Source: Amoebophrya sp. A120
Taxonomy: Eukaryota; Protista; Dinoflagellata
Length of the DNA: 64,000 nt
Assembly (NCBI GenBank): GCA_905178155.1
Contig: CAJINV010000003.1
Location: 11,458,733 to 11,522,732 of the forward strand
Direction of reading: 5' to 3'
A program made the position numbers and the translations under genes. Position 1 is the first letter of the stretch. Every line of letters starts with the position of its first letter. Of this stretch, positions 40,856-52,200 are shown one piece after another. Below the pieces are notes generated by a model. It was given only the letters and a program-made list of their open reading frames with translations, ran no database searches and was not told the DNA's origin.

Positions 40856-42139
40856 CTAATCTACCCCAACATTTGGCGCCACCGCTTCGCCCACGCCGTC
40901 AGCTTCCTGTAGTTGTTCTACTTCCGCCGCGGCTTTGCTAACCTTTTTTTCAATGGTTTCTACCAGCTTCTTCCCCCTTTCGTCCACGCTCTGCTTATTC
41001 CGCGCCGCAATCAGTTTCGCCCGTTCGATGTCTGCCTTCGCCCAGAGGAGTAGCAACCCCGGTTCCAGCAGCCGGCTTGTCACTTCTACCTGTTCGTTCA
41101 AGGCAGCAAACACGAGCGCGTTCTCCCGGATGATAGAAACCTCATCGACTACACTAGCATAATCTGAAGATTTGGATTTCTCATGCGGCGTCGCAGGATC
41201 AGGAAGCTCTTGTTGCGCAGCTTCACCTTTTCTCGGTGGACACGAAGAAGTGGAGCCCCCAAGAACGCCTGTCGTGGTACTACTCGTTACTATTGCTGTA
41301 CTTGCGCTTCTGCTTGTTGTTTCTTGCACGAAGTTCGTTTTACTCGTTAACTGCGACAACGGCACCTCCGATAGGGCGTATTCCAGCACCTTCAAAAAAC
41401 CGTTTCGGCAGGCGAAATGCATCAGCAGGATCGGAATCCTTCGGTGATGGGTGGAAATGTAGGTTCAGTGCACGTGCCCCTGCGCTTTCTCAAAGGCCTC
41501 CTGTCGCTCACGCTCCACCCAGGCCTGGCTCATTTCCAGGATCAAGTCCTCGGGCGGGTACAGGTCGTGGGGGTGAAAATTGCCGTTTTGCCTGCAGCTG
41601 TTTTGATGATCCGAAGATGTAGTTGTAACTAGTACAGGCTCTGGCTCAGAAGCAGAGCTGGCTGACGTTGAAATTCCTTGAGGGGTTTGTCGTTGAGTTT
41701 CGGGTCGTTCTGAAGTTCTGCTGTTTGTTCTATCCCACAGCAACCGGAAAGCGTCTTCAAAACACCGGATGAAGAGCTTGTCTTTCTCCCGTCGCGGCTC
41801 CCCCTGAAGCGGAAGGAGCTCGATTTTGGGAACAAGCTCGTGCGAAAAACAGTGCCAGGAGTCCATCTTGTTGTCTTTTAGTCTTATTGATGGTGCAGCT
41901 TCGGGGTGTTGCTGGAGTTCTACTTCTTTGTGGTTATCGTTATAATTCTGAACAATCTTGCCGCTTGTCGAACTGAAAAGGGGACCGCTTGTACTTCTAG
42001 AAGCGGCACCAGGTGGCCTGCTGAACTCATTTTTCGTGCTTTGCAGTTCTACTATTAAGGGCAGAGCAGGTAGTGTCGGCTCGCTTTCATCCGTGGCGGC
42101 CTCCAATGTTAGTACCGGAGATATGGAGCGACCTATCAT
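40856..42139 (-). CDS. Probable ankyrin-like repeat protein (two ORFs, join unresolved)
   Basis: MHFACRNGFLKVLEY and NALVFAALNEQVEVTSRLL resemble ankyrin repeats. Confidence 0.45.
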
Positions 42140-42758
42140 CCTAAGTGGAAAGGGCCGTCTTCTTCGGCCTGGGGGGCGGGTGGGTAGCTATAGCTCGAAA
42201 ACGATGTCTACGAATAAATCGGTAGGTAGACTGCGTCTACCAACGACGATGAGACCTGGCTGCGATGGAATGTTTCAAATTTGCGATTACGATGAAATGC
42301 AGCGATTTTGCATCACGAAAGTAGGTCGATGAAAACGAACAGCACGTAGAAGAGCTCTCTCGTCCACCACTGCGATAATATAATCACCACGTTGACCGAC
42401 GAGTAGAAAAAGAATAGAAGATACAAGCTGATATTGATATAGTCATCCCTACCTCCATTGGGAACACACGAACACAGGGTCTAAACGTAAACGATCAAAG
42501 CAGGCACTATGCTTCTATTATTTGTTTCCGCAAGTGCAAGCAGGCCGCGTGTGGGTTCTCTTTTCTAGATTTTTGAAAAAATAATTGGTGTCGGAGGAGC
42601 AGGTCAACATGACAGATGTTCCTCATGGCCCCAGAAGTTGTTATCAGGAGTGGAAGACCCTCTTATAAAATTCGCCGCTCAACTTCGCTTTTCCTTCTTC
42701 TAGCACGATCAGAATCATGATCTCGAGAAGTTTCATCACTTTTTATTTACTTGCCGAC

Positions 42759-44129
42759 CTACAGGGGCTGACTCGGCAATCCGTCCCCGTAGGTGTAGTC
42801 TTCGTGCGTACCACTCTCCTTGATCACCATCGTCCTCACCACCCCACCGGAACTCCCGTCCCGTGTCATGGCGTGGGAAACCCACTTTTTGCACTTCGCC
42901 CTGGCCTCCTCCTCCGTCATTCCCGGTTTGTACTCCGCATCGATTAAACCCATGATGTAAGCGCTACCAGACCCGCCGACCGCGTACCCTCGTCTGAACT
43001 TCGCACCGCCCAAGGGGATCACGTACACCTGTTGATTTTCATCTTTGCATTTATCTTTATGAAAACACACTTAAACTTATAACAAGTACAAGAGATAAAA
43101 TAAATGGGAAACTACATGCAATACGAACGCGTTTCTTTGCCCTTGTACTAGCACCGCAATACAAATTTTCAAATTATTTTTACCTGTCCCCCATGCACCT
43201 TATCGTACCCTGCGACGATCAGTCCGGCCATCAGGTGATCTTTGTTGTTATAAACCAACTGCTGGAACAAAGTCGCACACGTATTCACCTTCGGAAACTT
43301 CGGATCTTTCAGTTCCATCGAGTTATCGTGAGGAAAAACATCCCCACCCCAGAGTCAGGATGGGGATTTTGCAATACAAGCCTAGAACTTTTGGGGGTCA
43401 CGCATCACAAGTTGCAGTCCGTAGTGTAGTGCAGGTTCGCAAGGCCAGCTGCATCAGAAATCCATCTGGTCATCCTGTTTACAGCATTACAAATTCCAAA
43501 ACACGACTAAAAATGCCTCTCCTGGCGATGCGCATTACAAATGTTCCTGTCATTGCAAATCTGCATGACAACCCTGCTGTGGGGACGTTTTTAATTAGGA
43601 TACGAGTGCAGGCCCAGGTAGTGCTGCACATACCCGGTCAATGCCTGTGTGTCCGCCGCGGAACCGGACCGGCACACAAAAATGCGGTCGTGGACGGGAG
43701 TGATTTTACCTGATCATGTGAGAATTTCAATATAGCATTCTTCTCATTACACTTGGAATCCATACTATGCCTGACACAAGAAATCACTGCGCATGTCGAA
43801 ATGACATGACAGAGTTTTATTGCCTCTACATCTAGTACCGTAGGTACTACAACAACTTATTTTAGAGTTCTATCATTTCAAATACGGCTGACGCGATTTG
43901 CGACGTAGTCGCCCATGGAGGTTCTGGAGTCCGCCGCCATCACGACGCCCCCGTCAAACTCGACGGCCATAATGGTGGTTCCCGTGCTGACCCCCTTCTC
44001 GGCCGACATGATGTCGTCCTCCCGGTAGGGGCAGCCGTCGCCATTCTCCGCTGGTTCGAACCTCTCGCCGGAATCGTCGGCTTGGTGCCGCTTTACCAAG
44101 TCCGAAAGAGGGTCGAAAAATTCGGGCAT
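42759..44129 (-). CDS. PSMB6: 20S proteasome subunit beta1 (PSMB6/Pre3)
   Basis: Propeptide cleavage VSTG|[50 protein letters not shown] introns at 43710-43885 and 43029-43183, plus one introner. Confidence 0.93.
43324..43602. mobile_element. Introner family C (279 bp) in proteasome beta1
   Basis: TIR TATCGTGAGGAAAAACATCCCCAC / GTGGGGACGTTTTTAATTAGGATA; TSD CGAGT; removal gives YLGLHS-MELKD. Confidence 0.93.
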
Positions 44130-45122
44130 CTTGCCGAGGAGGGAGTTGTGTCGCTTATTATTCTGGAAATGAATTCGAGTAAAGTTGTGGGTCGTTGTCG
44201 TGTACTTACTACGTGGTCCTATAGGAGCCAAAAACTATTTATCGACGTAGTCTTTTATTTTCTACGCGGAAATAAGTGGTCGTCACACGCTAAAAAATTG
44301 GAGCACATGTCAATACGGTCGTAGGAAATCAGGAAGTTTTTGGTGTGTTTATGATCGCTGGTCGTTGTCATTGGTAGGCGGAAGAAGAAATGTTGATAAA
44401 AGAGCACGTCAGATTGGAACTCGCAACAATAGATCTTTGTCTTGCTTGGTTCATGAGCCTGATATCTACATACTGCGAGAAAAGACATACTTATGTAGTT
44501 GAAGTGTGGAACAATTTCTCGCTTTTCTTTCTGCGCGAAACAAAAGCTTTCTGCAGATGACAGTACTTCTTCCACATAAATTTTCCAACCGCGATTTCTG
44601 TCTTGCGCGAATAGCAAATTGGTATGCTCTGAGCTTTTTCCGTTTTGTCTCCTTCGTAAATGTTCGCAATTCAAACTTAGCGTTCTTCGTCTTGCAGCAA
44701 GGTTCTGGCGACCACTTCTAGTACAACGGATAATTCATTCAAGCTCGAAAGAGCATTAGTGTACACAAGAGGAAGAAGTCGTGATGCAGCTTAAAAAGCA
44801 CAATCACTGACTTCTTGAGGACGAGTAGAGATCGTCAAAATACAACGGAATGGAAAGGATCGATTCGCTTGCTTCGCTTCGCAGTTTGACGCTTTAGTTC
44901 CAGCTGCGTCTTCGTGCAAGTGCAACTGATCAAAAAAATAACACTGCGGTCACAGTACATCAACTCAAGTAAAATCAAAAGAAAAATACGTATATGATAC
45001 AGGTGCAATAACATTGTCGCTTCATCGCAACTACAGAAGTACAACGAACAAAATCAATGAAAGTGCATTTCCTTTTCCTCCACAGAAACTACTCCTCCTA
45101 ACAGTTGTTCTACCACACGGTC

Positions 45123-45992
45123 TTACGCCTTCTTTTTCTTCATCGGCGTCTTGCCCCGGGGCTCGACCTTCATGGCCGTGTTGGAGTAGTTCACCCGCAC
45201 GTCGCCCTCCGGTCGATGTGTCATGGCGTTCAAGCCCCATCCAATGGTGAAGATGGCAAAGATCATCAGCTGGATGATCCTGTTTTTCAATAGATTTTTA
45301 TAGGGGGGGGAGAGGTGGTTCTCACGTCACGTCAAACCCATTCTTTGATGTATGCGTGTATCTCTATCCAAAAGAGACAAATCCGGCTGCAGGCCTAGAC
45401 AAGAAGTTGAATCAATAAACTGAAACAGCTGAAAATTATACCATGCTTGCTGGCGGATAGCGGACTTGAAGAGCGGGTAACTGGCGGCGAAGAACGCAAG
45501 CAGAAAGGCGTTCAAAAACATCTGGATCATGTCAAAGCAGTACTTCACCGCGTTGATGGGTGCGAAGGCGGAGTAGCCGGTAAACCAGAAGACGCCAATG
45601 TTCCACACGAATCCGGTCATGGCACCCGCACGGACGAGCCAGATCTGTTGATTTTTTTTTGCGTAATTTTTTCGGATATTATTTCCAACACGACATGAGC
45701 GGAGTATTGGAATTTGGATTTTCCATAAATAATCACATCACAGATAAGTCGCCGTTCGTTGTGGTGCTACACCTACATAATTCTTTTTTAGGCGCTACTT
45801 TCCACCACCAGAATCAAATTCGGCAAACAGATGTCGAAATGCCGCAATGAATACCGCCTCGTCGTAGCTCTCCATGACGCCCGGCCCGAATACCTGCACG
45901 AGGTAATCCACGGGGAAAAGCAGCATCTCCAGGTCGCACCCCACCTGGACGATGAAAGCCACCAGCTCCCACCAGTTGAGCGATCCACCCAT
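45123..45992 (-). CDS. Small multi-pass membrane protein, three exons (probable GC-AG introns)
   Basis: GC3-rich hydrophobic exons MGGSLNWWELVAF..., IWLVRAGAMTGFVW..., IIQLMIFAIFTIGWG...KKKKA*. Confidence 0.55.
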
Positions 45993-46811
45993 TAACTTGT
46001 ACATTTTTTTTTTTTTGTAAGAAAGTACGTGGAAGACGTGTTGTATCACAAAATGTAGTTGAAAGGAGTCAGACACGACAGGGAATGTGTTTTTGTTCGA
46101 TGAGGAAAAAATTTAGGATGCTTTAATTTCACTTGAAGTTTTGTTGAGTGGGGAATGCAAAAGCTTTGTTATTGTTTATACTTTAAATAATTTCACTGCA
46201 AGACATCATCGGTAAAAACAAAAAATCGAAATGCGCTAGTGCTTGTCGACGTACGTAGGATTTCGTACGTGTAAATCGCATGGACGAATGGACGAAAAGT
46301 CACTGGTAGCATGAACGAGCCACCGAAAATTCTTTGGTTTTTGTCTCCGGTTCTGGCACGGCATACCGATAGTTACATATCGTCGTTTTGATCACAAACC
46401 GAGAGGACGCAGATTCGGTTCTGCGCGACAGCAACGGCAAATAACGAGTGGCGGCTCAACTTTTACCGACAGACTAGATTTTGAAGAAGCGTTCTCTCCG
46501 TCAAACCGAATTTGATTTCTTGGGCGGACTAGGAACGACATGTGAAAATGGCCTCTACGAATTTAGATTTACGTTTTCCTTTACCGAGAGCTGACCAGCT
46601 GTTCTTTCATCTCGAGGCACATAATACAACTGGGGACGCAAGTAGAGAAACACTGACTCATGCTGCTGTCTTTCGCATTGAAGATGTTGCTTCATCTGTA
46701 TTGATGATCCGAACTTTCACTCCGTGCGGCGGCGGTTCTTGCGTGTCCGAGAGTAGGTAGACATGACTGCACTCAAAAGCCAGCCTATGCGGCCTTTTGT
46801 GGTCTTCGTTG

Positions 46812-48776
46812 TCACCTCCGATCGCCATTTCCGTCCGCTACGCAACACCTCTGATATGTGAAAACCGAGTCCCAGCACTCCGGATTTCCACTTCCCACCG
46901 GGGTGCAGCAAAAGGCGAAGTTGAAGCCGCCGTTCCAGCAGGAGGGGTCACCTCGATTATTTATCCCGTGCCCGCCCGTTGCTCCCACTACACTCTCCAA
47001 CGGAATCCATTTCTCCAGCCAGTTGTAGATTTCTTCGACCCGCCTGATCAGTTCCGGCGCTTGTCTCAAATCGTGACCGCCAAAGTGGAGAAAGGAGAAC
47101 GCCAGAAGCCACGCCACGAAGAACAGGATCGGTTGGTGGTAGTTGCGAAAAACTTCTTGGAAATCCTCGTAGTAAGTCGTTTGCCGCGTGCCGCGGCGGT
47201 GAGGCGGCTGGGGATGCTCTCGTTGCGTCTGGGACGAGGACGAGGAGGGCTGCTGCTGCTGCTGGTGATTATTACCATTATCGGGTGGGTTGGGCTGCGG
47301 TTCTTGCTGGCCCGAGGATCTCGGAGTCCTCGTGTTATGGTCAGAGTTAGAAGCAGTCGCGTTGCTCCTGCTGTTCGAAGGAGCTTGGTGACGGGTTCGC
47401 AGCTCAGGCAAATTAGAGGTCCTCTGCTCATCATCTGCAGCAGCTCCTTCTTCTTCTCCGCCGTGTAGTTCTTGATGTTCCTGCTGCGCCGCGGAGGCCC
47501 GGGCAGAAAGTGCTCCGGTAGACGAGGACGATGCAGAAGATCCAGACACAGCAGCTGCCGTTCTTGCAGAAGAATAATTTCCCGACAGCACAACTCCTCC
47601 GCTCCTCGAGGGCAACAAAACCTCCGCCGCGCTTTTCAGCAAGGTCGTTTCCCTTGCCGCCTCACGAACCACACTCCCGTTCACCATTCTGGTCTTCGCC
47701 TGCTTACAGTTCACCTCCCGGGCCCCGTCGCTCTCGATCGCGAACAGCGCTGTGATGAATGTGGTTTCTTTCCGCTGCCCCACGCCAATGCCGCACACGT
47801 TAAACTCCGCGAGGAGCATGTTGCGCAAATGCCCCGGGGAGTTTTCCCATCCCCGCACGCACCCCTCGGGCACATGCGGCAACGCGTACCCATCCAGTCG
47901 CGCCAGGTTCTCCCCGATGCCCTCGAAGTGGCCACAGCTGAAAATCCGGTGCTCCGCGTTCTCGTGCGAGAAATTCGCCGCCCCTGAGGCCACATCATCG
48001 GCGTGCTGGATCGCGCCCCTGCAGAGGTGGTAGTGGAGCGCCATCGGCTGCAGGGAGTGTTGCGCTCTCGCGTGGTTGACTTCTCTGAGTATCTCATCAA
48101 TCACGGTCGCAAGCTGTTCTTTCGACGTGTCGAGGGGGTGAGGTTGCTGGACGACTTCTTGGACGTCGAGATGTTGATCTTCAACATCTCCACGATCCTC
48201 GTCCTCTCGACTGCTTTTACTTCTCCTTATTCCCTCCTCCGTCTGCGAGTTTCGACTTTGGTCCAGCGATGTGAAAGGAATGTCCTGTGCCAAGATCAAC
48301 CGGCGCTGCCGATTGCGTTCCTGTTGCAGTTTGCGCCCGAACCGGAAGCAAAACTGCTCGAACGTGATTTTTCCGTCCCGCACGTTCATCTGCTGCAGCA
48401 TCCGCATCGCCAGCCGGTAGTTTTCGGAGCTCACGTCTGGGGGTAAAAACTCCGGTGCTGGCTGTACTGCTGAAGCACCAGCACCTCCAGCAGGTTTCGA
48501 GCTACTAGAAGACGAGGAAGGAGATGCAGACGAGTTTGCAGTCGTGTAGTACGATTCTCCTCCACCCGCAATAGAAGACGTTGACCCTGACGAGCTACCT
48601 CCACTTTTAGCCGCAAACCGGGCGAAAAGCACGCAAGCTTCCTTCACGTCGATGCTGCCACTTTTGTCCAAATCTGCGGCGTCAAACTCCCGGCGTAATT
48701 CGGCAATGACCTCCGGGTCAAACCAGGCGGAAACCTGCTGCTGCGCAGACTGGACGTTTTGCGATGAGGAGGACAT
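46812..48776 (-). CDS. EF-hand + CAP/SCP domain protein with C-terminal TM helix and Cys-rich repeat
   Basis: DLDKSGSIDVKE EF-hand; VNHARAQHSL...GENLA...GWENSPGHLRNML...GIGV CAP signature; CWNGGFNFAFCC / CWDSVFTYQRCC. Confidence 0.8.
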   Translation of the reverse strand: MSSSSQNVQSAQQQVSAWFDPEVIAELRREFDAADLDKSGSIDVKEACVLFARFAAKSGGSSSGSTSSIAGGGESYYTTANSSASPSSSSSSSKPAGGAGASAVQPAPEFLPPDVSSENYRLAMRMLQQMNVRDGKITFEQFCFRFGRKLQQERNRQRRLILAQDIPFTSLDQSRNSQTEEGIRRSKSSREDEDRGDVEDQHLDVQEVVQQPHPLDTSKEQLATVIDEILREVNHARAQHSLQPMALHYHLCRGAIQHADDVASGAANFSHENAEHRIFSCGHFEGIGENLARLDGYALPHVPEGCVRGWENSPGHLRNMLLAEFNVCGIGVGQRKETTFITALFAIESDGAREVNCKQAKTRMVNGSVVREAARETTLLKSAAEVLLPSRSGGVVLSGNYSSARTAAAVSGSSASSSSTGALSARASAAQQEHQELHGGEEEGAAADDEQRTSNLPELRTRHQAPSNSRSNATASNSDHNTRTPRSSGQQEPQPNPPDNGNNHQQQQQPSSSSSQTQREHPQPPHRRGTRQTTYYEDFQEVFRNYHQPILFFVAWLLAFSFLHFGGHDLRQAPELIRRVEEIYNWLEKWIPLESVVGATGGHGINNRGDPSCWNGGFNFAFCCTPVGSGNPECWDSVFTYQRCCVADGNGDRR

Positions 48777-49239
48777 CTTGCGGAAGAGACAGAAAATGAA
48801 TAGCTCTATCCGTTGTGACGCAAGGCTTTCGCTTTCGCTTCCCTCACAACACTCGGCATAAACGACAGGAGCAGGACGAGAACGAACCAGGTGGGAGTAT
48901 AGTAAACTTTGATGTCCATCGACACTAGATCTAGAACAGAGAATTTCTAGACATTGGACAAACACTCGAACCACTTTGACTCTTGAACATCACTTGTTTG
49001 CCCCACGGCGCAACAAAAGAAGAACCGTGTGCGAATCATAGTAGCACGCCACTGATGTCGCGATCGCGACGCCACTGTCTACCTTCCTAAAAAGTTGCGA
49101 ATATCCGTTTCCTCGTGAAGAGGAAGCTTCAGCTTGTGCTTGTTGAGCTTCTTTATCTTTTGAAAAGATTCTTTTCTTCTTCATAACAGCCACTTAATAA
49201 GCAGCACCGTTGAGAACACACCGCCCGTGCGGGACGAGT

Positions 49240-52200
49240 TGATAGCTACTTCTCCCGACGCACCACTACATCAACCCCCACCCCTCCCGTCCCTCCGGGG
49301 TTTGGCGCCAGCGGAAGTGTATGTGGGGTCGGAACCCAAATTCAAACGTCACCGCCTCGTCCAAATGCGGCACTTGAAGGTTTTTCGCGGAAAACCGGGT
49401 CGCCTCGTGTTGGTACCCAAATTCTTGGAACTATCAAATGTAAAAATGTCTGGGTCTGGGAACTTGTGATGCTGCGTAGCGTCTCATGATGAGGCTACAA
49501 ATGCTGGCTCAGCATGACAAGTTTCTGAGCTCCTAGGTGTTATCTATTCTGCATGACAAACTGCGCTTCTGCATCACAGAAAAACGCAGCTCTTGGGTAA
49601 CGTGCATGACAGATTTAAGAGTCATGCCAGACAAGCATGACAAACATGAATTCTTCCAGACCCAGACATTTTTACAGTTGATAGAAACATGTGGTACGCA
49701 AAAGGGAGCTGCCGCTTCAGGTACCAGCCCTGCGTCGCCGCCAGGTCTTCCAACCGCCACTGCTTGTACAGTTCCGTCGTCTTCAGCGTTATGTGCACCC
49801 GGGTTTGCGAGGTGATCAAGTCGGAGATGGGCACGTTTTTGGAGGACGAAGAAGGCAGAGCAGGTTGTTTGTTTGTCATCGTGCAGCACTTGGTCATCGA
49901 AGCGAAAACGTCAAACAGGGCGGCTTGGTTGCTCTGAATCGATTTGTCCTTTTGATACCAATCGAACTTCGCGAGCCTTCGTCCCGTCACCTCGTCGAAG
50001 TAAGCGCCTTGCTTCACACCCGTGTGCGGAAAATATGAGAGTTGACAACTCGAACTTCTCCCCTTAGTTCCACCCCTCATTTGACGCGCATGTCTTCTAG
50101 GAACAGAAACCATGTGAATGAAATATGCAACAAGAGGAGCTCCTTCTGCATGGCAAATCCGCGGTGGCGGGGCTGTAGTGCTGCTCAAGCACAAGCCTCA
50201 AGCTGCGCCGGGACTTGTTGTGCAGTAGTATATCGTTCTGCTAAAGACAGACAGCACACACGAAAAAATTATAGCATTTTGCATCGCAAATGAGGGACGC
50301 CGAGGGGGAGTACTAGTTGTAAGTTGTCCACTATCATAGAAAATTCCAAATCACGTAAGTGAAGGACGTGATGTTCTTCTCGAGGGCTTTCATTGTCGCA
50401 GAACGACTGGAAAAAGAGGCTCTCGTGGTGTTCAAGTTCATCCTTTTGGAAAGAGCTACTTCCACCTCACTTTGCTTGACCAGGTCCAGAGAATGTAACA
50501 TTGTCGCGTCAATTGCCCGGTCCTTCACCACGTAGCCGCCGTATTTTTCGACGATGTCCGCGCAAATTTTCGCCGACATCCGCAACGTCAAACTGTCTTC
50601 GAAATTCTGTTCTCCATCGCTGCTGCTCCCGGAGTCATCATCGACGTCCTCCTCCCCTGCTGCCTGTCCGAACGTCCGGTCCTTCCAGAACAGGTCACTT
50701 CTAGTACTACTTGAAGCTGCACCGGGCCGCTGTCCGGCGCTAGTAGCAGTGCCATTTTTGGCCGAGGAAGGCCTCGTCGCCCCGACCAGATTGGAAAACA
50801 ACATCGCCACCGCCGGACTCTGTTGCGGCGGGGGTGCGGGCTCTGCTCTTGTCTGCGGTGAGATTTTCGCTTTTTTCGCTTGCTTCAGTTTATTTTTCCG
50901 AGTCTTCTTCTCTTCCGTACGCTGGCGTTTTCTGTCCTTCGCGCCGAGCACGCAGCCCTGGTCTCCGAGTTTCTCGTAGTCTTGGGTATGGGTGTGTCAG
51001 GAGGGGGGAAATGGTATTAGTGAGAATCGATCTCGATGTGAGTACTGTGGTGCACGAAGTGCCCAGATATAGTACCCAAGCCGCGTAACATCAAATGCAT
51101 CCCCGAGTGCAAATAAGTAGCGGGGAGACACAGATACGTACTGCCTGTCAGGAAGCAGAGGCAAGCGCGCCCGCTCATACAACGCCAGGTTGGACTCACG
51201 GATGAACAAAGTGTTTGAAAATTATAGCATGAAACAAGCGCCGCCATTTTCCCGAAACAGGATGACGAAATGACTCTACGCAGCCGCGTGGAAAGATACG
51301 TGCATTGCCACGCACCACTTAGAAGAAATGTCAAGCCTTGGAAGAACCTGTACCGGCGTCAACTTCTTGTCTTCATCTGGAAACATTACTACTTCTTTAT
51401 TCTACAGCAACATTTTGATTTTCCACATTTTCCCCCTGATGAAGTTGGCCGTTCCATAGGTAAACGAGTCTGTGTACCCCGTCGCCGTTATCCCACTGCA
51501 ATTCCTCTTCCCCAAAAATCGGCAAAGGGCTCCGGCGAACGTGAAATTGGCTTCACCCACCAGGAGAATCCGGTCCCGGGCGGAGTAGGGGGGCAGCGGT
51601 CGCGGGGCCTGCCACTTCGCGGACCCCGCCGCGCTGGCGCAGTGGACCTCGTGGGCGAGCTTCTGGTTTTGGAAGGCAACCAGGTGGGCCAGGGTTGCGG
51701 AATTGGCCGCCCTCTCCCCGAGGTCGTTGCTGTACCTAGATTCGAACAGGGCGTGTATCAAAGTGAAAAAAGCCCCCTCGTCCCCATATCGAAAATAAAC
51801 GCACCACAAGCAAAATTGTTTTGCTGATTTGTGTACGCAAATGCGTTTGTATCACTATTGCATACTTGGGAAGGTGAAGCAAGAGCGAAGCGACGCACTG
51901 GGCAGGCCATCTTTGATGCGCTTTAGCCTACAGCAGCAACATCTATTATGCTGAAGAGCCAGACCTCTACTATGGACCTAAACAGGCCTAGCATGCGCTT
52001 GCGCTTCGTTTCTGCAAGACAGAGCTGATTTGTGACCACAAATCTGCATCACAGATTTCCGCTTTCTTGATATGGGGAGGGGAGATTTTTCCTCACAATA
52101 GCGTGCTTCCGCTCCTCATCATCGGGAAATACGCGGAACAGGCGGGGATGGACACGAAGGTCCTGCTGCTCGCCGGTCGACTTGGTTATGGTTTGTTCCT

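Noticed and set aside
21679-44129. TOP2, myosin and proteasome genes as transposon-disrupted pseudogenes
   Set aside because: Exons keep intact motifs and strong codon bias, and every break is resolved exactly by an intron or introner.
16655-49889. Recurrent short peptides such as KCKNVWVW, FQTQTFL and NVKMSGSG in many small ORFs
   Set aside because: Translations of family-A TIRs, not a protein family.
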